Origin: a virus
Lineage: Duplodnaviria; Caudoviricetes
IMG/VR virus record: IMGVR_UViG_3300020576_003530
Coordinates: 1 to 64,000 of that record
Direction: 5' to 3' (one strand)
Length of the DNA: 64,000 nucleotides
Below are positions 30,389 to 41,050 of the stretch, in pieces. A model generated the notes under the pieces. That model ran no database searches and was not told where the DNA came from. It saw only the letters and a program-made list of their open reading frames with translations. Position 1 is the first letter of the stretch. Every line of letters starts with the position of its first letter. The position numbers were made by a program, and so were the translations under genes.

Positions 30389-30463
30389 GTACCTCTGGTG
30401 TTTAACGGGGCCAGCACGACAGACCTCCACTCTGTAAGTAGGGTTCAAATCCCCTGAGGTACT
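30389..30463 (+). tRNA. tRNA-Gly(TCC)-like, atypical (C33, imperfect T stem)
   Basis: acceptor GTACCTC/GAGGTAC, anticodon arm ACAGA-CCTCCAC-TCTGT, T loop TTCAAAT. Confidence 0.65.
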
Positions 30464-30479
30464 CTTTGAAAGATCAGCC

Positions 30480-30956
30480 ATGCAAACTTTTCTCCCCTAT
30501 CCGGACTTTTTTAGATCAGCCACCTGCCTTGATTATCGCCGATTGGGCAAGCAGCGAGTTGAATGCTTACAACTCTTAAATTCAAGCCTCAAACTCCTCC
30601 ATGGTGAGTCCGTTAAGGGTTGGGCAAATCACCCCGCTAGACTGATGTGGTCAAATCATTTATATCAATTAGCCGCATACAGTAAGGTTGTTTGCTCGGC
30701 TTGGACCAATCTAGGCTATAAGGATACCTGTCTGTTAAAAATAACTGAATTGGTAGACCAGCATGCAGAGTACTTCCCATATTGTGAGCCTCCGCCGTGG
30801 ATCGGCAACCCATCTTTTCATGCTAGCCATCAGTCAAACTTAATTCGTAAGGGCCGCGAGAAGTTAGATAAGACTGGCGATTCCTCCCTCCTTGATCATT
30901 ATCAGTCTCTCTGGCCTAACGTCCCCGATAATCTTCCCTACATCTGGCCGGTCTAA
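30480..30956 (+). CDS. pyrimidine-dimer DNA glycosylase-like protein (MSMEG_6728 family)
   Basis: 'MQTFLPYPDF...LDYRRLGKQRVE...HPA..MW...FHASHQSNL...YIWP'. Confidence 0.85.
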   Translation: MQTFLPYPDFFRSATCLDYRRLGKQRVECLQLLNSSLKLLHGESVKGWANHPARLMWSNHLYQLAAYSKVVCSAWTNLGYKDTCLLKITELVDQHAEYFPYCEPPPWIGNPSFHASHQSNLIRKGREKLDKTGDSSLLDHYQSLWPNVPDNLPYIWPV

Positions 30957-31273
30957 ATATGAAAGTAATATATGGCAGAACAAAAACCTTCGTTCGAAAT
31001 GCCTCCTCGTGTTAAGGTGGCACAAGAGTTAACAACCAACATTTTATATCATGATCTATGTCTAAAAGCAAATTGTAGTGGAGTTTCTTCTGGAGCATCG
31101 CTTCCGCCCGAATCTAACCGATTATTAAAAGTGAGCACTAACCTCCTTATTTCCTACATGTTGGGCGAGCATAACTATCATGAGCGAATAGGGACGAATG
31201 AGGTCGTTGATTTATCTCCAACATCAGAATCGCCCGACCATTCCTCCATCATCTTTACCGAATAGGTCTGAAC

Positions 31274-31600
31274 ATGAAAGTTAGCAAAGTTCTCTCATAC
31301 ATTGATTTAACAGCATTTCTAATACTAGACATCGATAATCTTGCTCGTTTTCCACTCGGTGAGTGGTGCCCAGTGTCACATATGGGTGCGACGCATTATG
31401 TTATGAAGACGAATAGTTTAAAGTATATGCATCCTGATGATAAAAGAAAACAACCGTTAGCTGATGTTGGTGATTGTAAAGAATTTATTAAACAGTATGT
31501 GCTACCATCTAAGACAGAATCAAGATATGTTATCGTCAATGATAACGCCGGATGTTTAATTCACAGTTCCGATCCAAACATTGTACCATATGAAGATTAA
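31274..31600 (+). CDS. MKI-leader family protein, subfamily B
   Basis: MKVSKVLSYIDLTAF...SDPNI. Confidence 0.6.
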   Translation: MKVSKVLSYIDLTAFLILDIDNLARFPLGEWCPVSHMGATHYVMKTNSLKYMHPDDKRKQPLADVGDCKEFIKQYVLPSKTESRYVIVNDNAGCLIHSSDPNIVPYED

Positions 31601-31895
31601 ACAGCTCATTACCCATATAGATTTACAACAGTATCTTACAGTAGATCTAAACAAATTAGAGTTGCTCCAATTACATCGTTGGTATAGAGTGACACCTAAT
31701 CTGTTCATTTATCGTACCAATTTAAAAAGATATCAGTGTTTAGATTCAGAATGGAAAGGAACTCTCATAAACATAGAACCTAAAGAATATTGCGAATCAA
31801 TTTTACGACATATAAACGAACCCAATTACGTTGTTTTTAATTTAGAATCAAACTGTTTAGTAAACCATTCTAGCGATCAAATTATCACTTTCTAA
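31590..31895 (+). CDS. MKI-leader family protein, subfamily B
   Basis: MKIKQLITHIDL. Confidence 0.6.
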   Translation: MKIKQLITHIDLQQYLTVDLNKLELLQLHRWYRVTPNLFIYRTNLKRYQCLDSEWKGTLINIEPKEYCESILRHINEPNYVVFNLESNCLVNHSSDQIITF

Positions 31896-31909
31896 CTGGA
31901 ATCTTCTTC

Positions 31910-32344
31910 ATGAGCAAACCTTGGATCCACGCAAAAATTGACGCTAAAAAGTTTGGCGGCGAACCCTCCGACTATCTCCACATTCATGAGTGGTTTGATC
32001 AGACTAAAGGTCACATTGGGGACAACCGCCATAGGGCAATCTTACATACAACTTTCGGCATCATGCTGGCTACTCAAGTATTTGGAGAAACCTTCGCTCG
32101 AAAATCAGACGGCGTGATCGTATCCACCCGCGATGTAGGAGAGTCTCATGTCCTCGTGGATAACAATAATAAGTTCATTCCTACCATGCAAGACTATTTA
32201 GCGGAAATGACGGTTCAACCTTGGATGTTAAATGGAAGAGATGGATATCCACCTTCCTGTCGCAAAATTGAAGAGATTGAACAAACTCAGTCCAAGCGTC
32301 CCGTCACCTCGACAACGATTTATCAAACCTCTCTAAAGGATTAA
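31910..32344 (+). CDS. second DUF6915-like protein
   Basis: 'KPWIHAKIDAKKFGG...HEWFDQTK...DNRHRAILH'. Confidence 0.65.
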   Translation: MSKPWIHAKIDAKKFGGEPSDYLHIHEWFDQTKGHIGDNRHRAILHTTFGIMLATQVFGETFARKSDGVIVSTRDVGESHVLVDNNNKFIPTMQDYLAEMTVQPWMLNGRDGYPPSCRKIEEIEQTQSKRPVTSTTIYQTSLKD

Positions 32345-32345
32345 T

Positions 32346-32762
32346 ATGAGCGAAGCAGAAAAGCCGTCCAAGTCCATTGCGGACAGATTTTATGAGCAAA
32401 GAAGAAATTTGATCGCAGAGGCCAAAGCTAAAGTCCTACCCCTCTTAACCGACTTGTTCAAAGACTTTCCAGATCTCACTTCCTATAGCTGGATTGCCTA
32501 TACCCCCTACTTCAACGATGGTGATACTTGCTATTTTAACTCTCACCATAATGACGACTGGTCTTTTCAAATCAATGATGAAACTTTTGGAGACCTAGAA
32601 AATCGCGATAATGATGATTGCTGGCAAGCAATGGTGTTTGATCGCGTGAATGATATTCTGAATGCTATGCCAGATGAGTTCCTTCAGGAACTATTTGGTG
32701 ATCACGTAAGAGTGATCGTCACTAAGGACAAAATTGATACTGAGCATTATGAGCATGATTAA
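32346..32762 (+). CDS. acidic conserved phage protein
   Basis: 'SWIAYTPYFNDGDTC...FGDHVRV...EHYEHD'. Confidence 0.55.
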   Translation: MSEAEKPSKSIADRFYEQRRNLIAEAKAKVLPLLTDLFKDFPDLTSYSWIAYTPYFNDGDTCYFNSHHNDDWSFQINDETFGDLENRDNDDCWQAMVFDRVNDILNAMPDEFLQELFGDHVRVIVTKDKIDTEHYEHD

Positions 32763-33800
32763 GGAAGGAGATTCCGATGGCCGCAACTAAAGAAATGACG
32801 CAGGCGTTAGAACAGCTTGAGCGGGCCAAAGATGAATGTATGAAGGCCGTTAAGATAGCTATTGGTGACATTTGTAGACGACATCAAATAACCGCCGAAT
32901 TTTATTACCTTACTACTTTGAAAGATAAAAATGGTAATGATGAAAACGTTTCAAAGGATGTTGCTGATCAAATAAGCGAGATTGAAGCTTGGTATTCCGA
33001 GCATGTTCATCGTAGCGGTTTCATGTATTTAGAATGTGTTCGAGGTAAATGGAATGAATAAATCTATTGATATTGTTGATTACCCTCATGTCGTATCAAA
33101 TGCCGGTGTGTATCGCCCTGTAAAATTTCCCCTCACTCGCCTAGTTACCTTTGGGGATAATTCTCTTACTCGTATCACTATTTTTGTGGGTACGGCCTCC
33201 ATTGAGGGTCTGAATAAAAATAGTCTGGTATGGGAGCATCAGGAATTTGAACTTATGATTGATGAACGGGCCGAAATAGTAATTAGCAAAAGGGATCAGT
33301 AATATGGGGCAAGAAGTGAAATTGCCATTTGAATTTGTCATGACGTTAGACTATGTACGCTGTAAAGACGTAAATGTTAGTAATGAATTATCTGATATTG
33401 CTGCCCACTATGAAATGGGACAAAATACCTATCGTAAAATTGATAGATATTATCTGTATGATGAAAACTCAGACGAGGATCCTCAACCTCTTAAATATCC
33501 TCATCTAAAAGCCCTCATGGATCAGCACGGCCTTGATTCGTTCATCCTTCTCTACTGGTGGTAATTATGCACGAAGCAGTAAAACAAATTTGGGTCATAG
33601 ACGCCTGCGGCGGACTTCCTAAAGAAGTATCGAAAGATATAGACTATCTACAAGAAGAAATCTGGGAGTCTCCCAGCGGAACTATTCATCTCTTTAGTCA
33701 GTCTGACTGTGAAGAGCACAACCTTCACAATCTTCAAGTCTTCATGCAAGAACACGGTTTAAACTCCTGTTACATTCATATCAATTGGTAAGGAAGATTC

Positions 33801-34271
33801 ATGTCTGATAATATTCCCACCCTCATTCTTATCTATGGACCACCCGGTTGTGGTAAAAGTACTCTCGCGAGAGAATTAGTCCAATCCCTCACTAATGCTT
33901 TTCACATCGAAACCGATCAATACTTCTCCATCGATGGTGAGTATAATTGGGATGCCACCAAGTTAGGCATTGCTCATGCTTGGTGTCAGGATGAGGCCTT
34001 TAAGGCCTTTGATCGATATACTACCGTCATTGTGTCCAATACCTTCTCGCGGCAATCAGAATTTGCCCCCTATCTTGCTCGAGCCAAGGAACGTGGAATC
34101 GAGGTAAAAATAATTACCCCATCTACCTCTTGGCGTCAAGATCCCATCGAGTGTTATAAGCGTTGCACTCATAATGTGCCCCTAAAGACCATCCAGGCCA
34201 TGCTAAGCAGAGATCAACAAAATGAGCAATTTGTCAAACACTATCGGTACGATTATACGCCCAATAAGTAA
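33801..34271 (+). CDS. P-loop kinase (AAA_33 / polynucleotide-kinase-like)
   Basis: 'GPPGCGKST', 'ETDQYF', 'VIVSNTF', 'HNVP'. Confidence 0.8.
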   Translation: MSDNIPTLILIYGPPGCGKSTLARELVQSLTNAFHIETDQYFSIDGEYNWDATKLGIAHAWCQDEAFKAFDRYTTVIVSNTFSRQSEFAPYLARAKERGIEVKIITPSTSWRQDPIECYKRCTHNVPLKTIQAMLSRDQQNEQFVKHYRYDYTPNK

Positions 34272-34272
34272 G

Positions 34273-35322
34273 ATGAAGTGGGAAGAATTGAGCGAAGGCC
34301 TTGCGGAAGAGATTCTTACTGGCCGCGTTAATCGGATAGATGGAGTTGGTCATCAGTCCCACCTCTCCCTCTATAACTATACCGATGAGTGTTCCTTTAG
34401 TCGGGCTTGGAACTCATACAACACATTGGCACGAGGACTTGTCCTTGATCATCAGTCTAACTGTGTGGCGGCCCTCCCCTTTCCCAAGTTCTTTAACCTC
34501 TTTGAGGTAAACAAGTCAAACTTGCCCGATTTACCCTTCGAAGCCTTTGAGAAGTTGGATGGTTCGCTGGGGATCGTGTTCTATAATACGGTTACTCAGT
34601 CCTGGAATGTTTGTACGCGTGGTTCGTTCACTTCCGATCAGTCAATCTGGGCAACTAACTGGCTTAAAAGAAAGTGTAAGGTAAATCAGTTGGACTCTTC
34701 GATTACCTATTTGGTAGAAATTATCTATCCTGCAAATCAGGTAGTGGTGGACTATGGAGCATTTGAGGGATTAGTCCTTCTGGGCGGGTATCGCAAGGAC
34801 GACTTCTCCGAGATTGACCTTGAAGAGTGGTCTAACTGTTTTCAAGGTCGTGTTGTAGGATATTCATTTGCTAGCATCGATCATATTCAGGCATATTGTA
34901 AGACCCTCACTCATAATGATGAGGGAGTAGTGGTCCGCTTTAGCAATGGTTTTCGCATCAAGATTAAGGGCGAGGAGTATTGTAGGGTTCACGCTATTAA
35001 GTCTGACCTCACTCCTCTTAATATTTGGCGAGCTATGTCTGAAGGTCTAAACTTGGAGGAAATCAAAACTCACGTTCCTGAAGAATTGCTTGTTCGATAT
35101 GAAGAAATTGAGGACATTCTGAATGAGCGATTTAATCAGATGCTTGCGGAAAGTTCTTACCTATTAGAAAGTTTGTCAGATTTGCCCCGCAAAGACCAAA
35201 TTCAACGTATTCAGTCTGAGTTGCCTGAGCATCTTTGGCCCGTTTCGATCTGTCTCCTCAGTAATAAAAATCCCTCAACCTATCTTTGGAAGTATTTGCG
35301 TCCGGATGGAAATCAATTATGA
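34273..35322 (+). CDS. T4 Rnl1-like RNA ligase
   Basis: 'ARGLVLD', 'PFPKFFN', 'EKLDGSLG', 'TRGSF', 'EGVVV', 'KIKGEEY'. Confidence 0.9.
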   Translation: MKWEELSEGLAEEILTGRVNRIDGVGHQSHLSLYNYTDECSFSRAWNSYNTLARGLVLDHQSNCVAALPFPKFFNLFEVNKSNLPDLPFEAFEKLDGSLGIVFYNTVTQSWNVCTRGSFTSDQSIWATNWLKRKCKVNQLDSSITYLVEIIYPANQVVVDYGAFEGLVLLGGYRKDDFSEIDLEEWSNCFQGRVVGYSFASIDHIQAYCKTLTHNDEGVVVRFSNGFRIKIKGEEYCRVHAIKSDLTPLNIWRAMSEGLNLEEIKTHVPEELLVRYEEIEDILNERFNQMLAESSYLLESLSDLPRKDQIQRIQSELPEHLWPVSICLLSNKNPSTYLWKYLRPDGNQL

Positions 35323-35792
35323 GCACAAATGAGAAATACGATCTACGTGGTTATCAGACAAATAAGCCGACAATCTTTCTAGATCTCGATGGGACTGTTC
35401 TCGATACAGATCGATATAAACTTGAGACCTATCCCGATATCGACTATCCCGATCTCCCATCCTACTTCTGGTCATCCGTCCCATGGACTCCTCGCGGTCG
35501 CGAATTGTATGATTTTTGTCGCTCGCTCTGTTATACTTGCATACTGTCGTCTAGTGCGTGCAGTCCTGCATGTAGTCTTGGTAAACATCTGTGGCTAAAT
35601 CAACACATTCCCTCTCAAGATTGGGCACTCTGTCCTTCTAAATGGGCAATGGCCCATAGTAAGGCACTCCTAGTGGATGATTATGAAAAGAAGACTGAAG
35701 CCTTTGTTCAGGCTGGCGGATCCACCTATCTGTTTAAGGGTGATGTGGATGAGTGTAAAAAGTTCGTTACTGACTGGTATGGCAAATTTTAA
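35319..35792 (+). CDS. HAD-superfamily phosphatase / 5'(3')-nucleotidase
   Basis: 'IFLDLDGTV', 'ILSS', 'LLVDD'. Confidence 0.75.
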   Translation: MSTNEKYDLRGYQTNKPTIFLDLDGTVLDTDRYKLETYPDIDYPDLPSYFWSSVPWTPRGRELYDFCRSLCYTCILSSSACSPACSLGKHLWLNQHIPSQDWALCPSKWAMAHSKALLVDDYEKKTEAFVQAGGSTYLFKGDVDECKKFVTDWYGKF

Positions 35793-35801
35793 ATCCCCCA
35801 T

Positions 35802-36152
35802 ATGAAAATCGCTAACATCGTTAACAAAATATCGGTATTGTGGTTGCCACTACCAAGTACTCAAATTGATTTGATAGATGCAACCATCCAATATAGTGAA
35901 GCAAAAGGTGTAGTCAACACTTTAAAAGAACTCACTCATGAAGATAAAATAACCGGTTCCTACAAAACTTCTTACTATGTAAGATCTAAAGGCGGCAAAC
36001 ACATTATGTTTGACGCTGAAAAAGATGGTTATTACTCTCGTTATCCAATCAAATTTATCGAACTTGTAAGTAAAGATCGCGATCAAATTACTGGTTACTA
36101 CTATATTCCAGTAGGCTATTTTAACAGACCTGTAAGGTTTAACAAAGTATGA
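35802..36152 (+). CDS. MKI-leader family protein
   Basis: MKIANIVNKI. Confidence 0.55.
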   Translation: MKIANIVNKISVLWLPLPSTQIDLIDATIQYSEAKGVVNTLKELTHEDKITGSYKTSYYVRSKGGKHIMFDAEKDGYYSRYPIKFIELVSKDRDQITGYYYIPVGYFNRPVRFNKV

Positions 36153-36394
36153 ACATTCTCCCTAATGACATCTTCATTCACTGTGAAGGAAAGACCGTCA
36201 GACTATACTTTGAACTGGAAGTGGTAGGAGATATTCCCAACTCCGAGTTTTACAGTCTCATCAATCCTCGCCCTTACTTTGTGGTAGAATGTGGGGATGA
36301 CTATCAGGCAACGCACAGCATTCCCGCCCCATCCTCCATCATATTCCTCTTACTGGGATTGCTTTTACTCCTCCCTCGGAAACGTAAACCATGA
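36149..36394 (+). CDS. small protein with PEP-CTERM-like C-terminal sorting signal
   Basis: C-terminus 'IPAPSSIIFLLLGLLLLLPRKRKP' = IPAP motif + TM helix + basic tail. Confidence 0.6.
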   Translation: MNILPNDIFIHCEGKTVRLYFELEVVGDIPNSEFYSLINPRPYFVVECGDDYQATHSIPAPSSIIFLLLGLLLLLPRKRKP

Positions 36395-36726
36395 AAATTA
36401 ATGCCTTGCTTCAATCTATCGTGACTGACGCTGCGGTAGATCCTTTATACTATGTAGGATATCCTATTGAAGGACATCATGGACTCAAAGTATTTTGTAA
36501 GTATTATCTAGATCAGACTCCCTTTTTAATTCCACAATCTAAAATAGCAAAAATGATAGAAACATGTGATTCCTATCTTCACTATTTAGATTTGAGCATT
36601 CAAGACTGGGCAGAAAACGACAATTATAATGCTATTGCTGCTTGTGTAGATGGGCAATGGTATGTAATACCAATGAATTCAGTTAAACAATATCGGTCCA
36701 TTAAGTATAAAGGAATTCAAACATGA
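36391..36726 (+). CDS. MKI-leader family protein
   Basis: MKINALLQSI. Confidence 0.55.
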   Translation: MKINALLQSIVTDAAVDPLYYVGYPIEGHHGLKVFCKYYLDQTPFLIPQSKIAKMIETCDSYLHYLDLSIQDWAENDNYNAIAACVDGQWYVIPMNSVKQYRSIKYKGIQT

Positions 36727-36979
36727 CAGTTCGAAGCATTATTCCATCTGTCGTAGATTTGTATAATCAAATTCCTTGTGATGGCGAGGACTGTAGAATT
36801 GCTGACGACATTCGTAAACAAATGGACTGGAGACATAAACAAGTCAGAATGACTATTTCTGATAGTAAAATTGAAATTTTGAAGAGCCTAGGCTATCGAC
36901 TCTCCCATTTCAAAAAGTGTCCATTCAGCGAAAATGCCTCGAGAGTGACTATTAGTTGGCGACATGGAGAAAAGAAATA

Positions 36980-38116
36980 ATGAAGATTTGGCCTCCGTTA
37001 TACTGTCGTGATAGCAAAGAAAAAGTAAGAACTTGGTTTGTGCGTCAAGAGGGTCCTTCCTACCGTATTACCTCCGGCCTGCTTGAAGGTAAGCAGGTAA
37101 CGACAGACCCCACAGTCTGTAAAGGTAAGAACGTAGGTAAAGCTAATGAGACTAGTCCGATCGAGCAAGCCACCAAAGAGATTGAGGCTCTTTATCGCAA
37201 GCAGATTGAGCAGAACTACTTTGAGGACATTTCCGAGATTGATAATTACTGGTTAGAGCCTCAGCTTGCAAAGGTTTACAAGGATTATCCAGACTATCTA
37301 GACTTTTCTAAAGGTGTTATCATTGATCACAAGTTAAATGGTGTGTGCTGTCTGGCTACGGCCAAAGGTTGCTTTACTCGCAAGAACAAACAGTTCTTTA
37401 CAATCCCACATATTGAGCAGGCTTTAAAGCCGATCTTTGAGGCTTTCCCTCATGCCTACTTACATGGAGAACTGTTTAATCCAGATCTCGTTAGAAATTT
37501 GGGTGACCTAGTTGAAATTGTCAGTGTTACTCGCAAACTCAAAGATGTGACGCCTGAACTATTAGAAAAATCACGCAAAATTGTCCAATTCCATCTGTAT
37601 GATGGGTATAATTTTGCCTCAGTCAAACAAGATAGTACAACATATGGCCGCAAAAATGGACTCACTCAATTAGTCAAAGATCTGAATAGTCCCTATATCA
37701 AAATTACTCCATGGTGTGTATCTGCTTCCATGGAAGAAGCCGAAGATATCTATCGTAAATATGTTAAAATTGGAGGCGAAGGCATCATTCTTCGTAAATT
37801 TGGTGCCCCTTATCAACATAAGAGAACCAAAGATCTTCTTAAATATAAAAAGCAAGAGACCGAAGAATTTGAGGTCGTCGAATTAGAAGAGGGTGACGGA
37901 AACTGGAAGGGCAAGGCTAAGGCTGCTGTCTGTAAGCTCCCCAACGGGACCACCTTCAAGACTAACCTCGAGGGCGATCAAGCTAAACAAGCCAAGGCTT
38001 GGAAGAATCGAAACTCTTATCGCGGCAAAATGATTACGGTAAGATTTCAGGAATACAGCCCAGATGGAGTGCCGCTGATTCCGTATTCAGATCTGACCGT
38101 CCGCGATTATGAGTAA
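36980..38116 (+). CDS. ATP-dependent DNA ligase
   Basis: 'HKLNGV' motif I, 'LHGELF', 'FHLYD', 'GEGIILR', 'LLKYK', C-terminal OB fold. Confidence 0.9.
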   Translation: MKIWPPLYCRDSKEKVRTWFVRQEGPSYRITSGLLEGKQVTTDPTVCKGKNVGKANETSPIEQATKEIEALYRKQIEQNYFEDISEIDNYWLEPQLAKVYKDYPDYLDFSKGVIIDHKLNGVCCLATAKGCFTRKNKQFFTIPHIEQALKPIFEAFPHAYLHGELFNPDLVRNLGDLVEIVSVTRKLKDVTPELLEKSRKIVQFHLYDGYNFASVKQDSTTYGRKNGLTQLVKDLNSPYIKITPWCVSASMEEAEDIYRKYVKIGGEGIILRKFGAPYQHKRTKDLLKYKKQETEEFEVVELEEGDGNWKGKAKAAVCKLPNGTTFKTNLEGDQAKQAKAWKNRNSYRGKMITVRFQEYSPDGVPLIPYSDLTVRDYE

Positions 38117-39063
38117 TTTTATCGAGAAAGGGTCTTACTGTCTGCCGAATAGATTTTAACCCGAATCTGTTCTAGATTTTCCTAAAGGAATTGATTTTTA
38201 TGCCCTCTAACCCTATACTTCCACATGATGATCAACACATCCTACTTACCGTTTTGGACGAGTTACGATTTCTGGTGAGAGAGTCAGAAAGACGAAACAA
38301 TCTAACTCTTACCGCCCGCTATCAAGAGATGGAAAAAACCCTGCGTGAATATATGCAGGTCATTGAATTACTTCCAAGCGAAGAATTCATGTTTGATTAA
38401 AGAATCTCTACGAGATCTTCCTATGACACAAGTTACTTTTTGGGGCCTTCAAAACAAGAATACCAAGCAGCTTATCAAGATTCGGAACACCCGCGAGGAA
38501 GCTCGTCGGGATCGTAATAGTGCCGACAACAAGGGCAGCGTTGCTCTCGTTCGTATTCGCGGCACTATGACCGTGGCACGGTAAGAGGTTATACAACCTC
38601 CTACCATAGGAGTTAGTTATGACGGATAGTCAAGTAAATAATCGGGCCAATGGCGTAATTCCCTTCAATCCTCGCTTTCGTTATGCCAAGCGACCACGAG
38701 TGGTTTGGAGAAACGAGCAACTCACGCTGGGGACTTCTAATACCCCGCTAGTAGCGACTGATTGTAAAGTGCCCATTACTGAACTGCACCCCTTTGGACT
38801 GATTGCTTATAACTATGACGAGGCCAATCACAATCTTTCACTAGGGTTCTCCCTATGCTGCAAGACTGATCGTTTCAACAAGAATGAGGCCAGACGATTG
38901 GCCGTGGAAAAGCTTTCTACTCAACCTATTCAGATTGACACAAGCAAACTGAACGCAGACACGATTCCTACAATTCTACAACAACTTCCTTATAGTCTGC
39001 ACAGCCACACCATCTTCCTCCTAAATAAGTTTATTCCTTCATAATGTCAAGCTAACGCCAAAT

Positions 39064-39095
39064 GCAGGGGACCGTCAGGTTCCCTGTTATTTTTT
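39064..39095 (+). terminator. intrinsic terminator
   Basis: GCAGGGGACC-GTCA-GGTTCCCTGT hairpin followed by a T run. Confidence 0.6.
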
Positions 39096-39424
39096 ATGTA
39101 CACAAGTAAGATAGATCAAAATACCAACTTGTCCCTATGGGTTCAGGAGAATAGCGAAAAAGTAGTAGAGTTGTTTGTGCAGACTACTCAATTTATCCCC
39201 TCTGATGATTATGATGAGTACGTAGAAGAGGTCATTGGTAAGTCTGTCTGCGTGGCAGTTGCCTGCATTAATGAGGCAGAAAAAGTTACAAACGGAATGA
39301 CTTTTTGCGATGATGACGCCGATCTGATTGCCGCTCTTTCCTACGCTATCACCTACTTTATTTGTTCCGTTATCGATAGTGATGAAGATGAGGACGATAT
39401 CCTCAAGGATTCTAACACCTCTTT

Positions 39425-40582
39425 ATGAGTACTACACGTCCGACTTCTTTTGATGATCTTATCGGTCTAGACGAACAGGTTCAAGCAATCAGGTATGACA
39501 TACAGGGAGCTATTCAAAGAAATCAGAAAATTCAAAGCTTCATTATTGGCGGCGGTGCCGGTCTCGGTAAGAGTACTATCGGCAATTTGATTGCCAGTAT
39601 GACTGGCGGAGAGGTGGTTAAAATTCTAGCCTCCGATCTCACGCCTAATCTGACCTACGATTTGGCCCAACGCTGTAAGGATGGAGACGTGATCTATTTG
39701 GAGGAGGCTCATGCCATTCCTAAAAAGGTCGGCCCTATCCTTCTCGAATGGATCGAGAATAATAAAATATTAAGTGATGTAGGACCGCTCGAAGCCCCAA
39801 AGACTGTGTTTATTTTCCCAACTACGGATGCAGGAATGATTCTTCCTGCCTTGCGTAGTCGTTGTCAATATGTCAGTCTGAACTTCTACAGTGTAGAGCA
39901 CCTTAAGCAGATCATTGATAGGGCTGCTAGACTCATGGGTCACGAACTCAATGATGATGAGGCTCTTACTATGATTGCTCGGTCAAGTAGGGGGACTCCA
40001 CGAACCGCAATTGAAAATAGACTGTCTACAGTTCTGAATGTTATGGCTGTAGATAAGATTCCCTTTTGCGTAGATACGGTAGCGAAAGCCTTTGCTATCA
40101 AAAAGATCAATCCTTACGGTCTCGAGAAGGCAGACCTCGAATATTGCTCTCTCCTGTATGATTACCAGCGTAGTGATGGTGGTAAACCCGTATCTCTCTT
40201 AACTCTTGCCCAGCTAATGGGTATGTCACAGAATGTCTTGACCGACATCATCGAGCGATATCTAGTACAAATCGGATTTGTTCGTAAGGTAGCCAAGGGT
40301 CGTATTTTGACCAACTTTGCCTGCGAGTGCCTTAATTTCCCCCCGCTAGTAGAATTTAATGATTTCCTCGATAATGAGGAGGTTATGGCAGATGTGCTAC
40401 ATACATTAGAAACTGGCAAAGTAAAAACCGTTAAAGAATTTGCTGGTCTTATCGGCCTCAAATATCCCCAAGATCGAATTAAGATTCGTTCAGTCTTACA
40501 AAAGTTTGGCTACAAAGCAGTACAAAAGAAAGGTTTGGTAAAACTACATGAGTCGTCCGAGACAAACATTGAATCTGAATGA
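39425..40582 (+). CDS. ruvB: RuvB-like Holliday-junction branch-migration AAA+ ATPase
   Basis: 'RPTSFDDLIG', 'GAGLGKST', 'ALRSRC', 'SRGTPR', 'IERYLVQIGF...KGR'. Confidence 0.8.
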   Translation: MSTTRPTSFDDLIGLDEQVQAIRYDIQGAIQRNQKIQSFIIGGGAGLGKSTIGNLIASMTGGEVVKILASDLTPNLTYDLAQRCKDGDVIYLEEAHAIPKKVGPILLEWIENNKILSDVGPLEAPKTVFIFPTTDAGMILPALRSRCQYVSLNFYSVEHLKQIIDRAARLMGHELNDDEALTMIARSSRGTPRTAIENRLSTVLNVMAVDKIPFCVDTVAKAFAIKKINPYGLEKADLEYCSLLYDYQRSDGGKPVSLLTLAQLMGMSQNVLTDIIERYLVQIGFVRKVAKGRILTNFACECLNFPPLVEFNDFLDNEEVMADVLHTLETGKVKTVKEFAGLIGLKYPQDRIKIRSVLQKFGYKAVQKKGLVKLHESSETNIESE

Positions 40583-41050
40583 GGTTGATATTGATATGGC
40601 TGGCATTGAGCAGTTAATCATTAATAAGCGGTTTAAGCTTACTCAATTTGCTCAGTCTAACAATATCAATCCAAGTGAGTTAAAAACCAAACTTGTTGAG
40701 TATCTCACGGCTCAAGGCTATACTGTCAGTATTAAACGTGGTCGTTCTGGGGGAATTAGTATTGCAAAGACCGCCAGCAATGCTGATATCTCACCATCGG
40801 AGTTAGAATAAAAATTTGAAAGCGAGTCTTAACTTATGTACCTCACAATTGTAGACTTTGTTCGTCCTGGACTTGCTCGTGTATTACCCGTTACTGAATA
40901 TGCTGATGGGGCACGAGATAATCGTACAATGCTGGCCATCATCAATACGTTCGCGAGAACTGGTCAAACGCTCCGATTCCAGCAGGCTTATCAGTTTGTG
41001 GCCGATCTTCCCAATAACGATGGTTTTATTCACTGGAAGCAGGCCTAACC

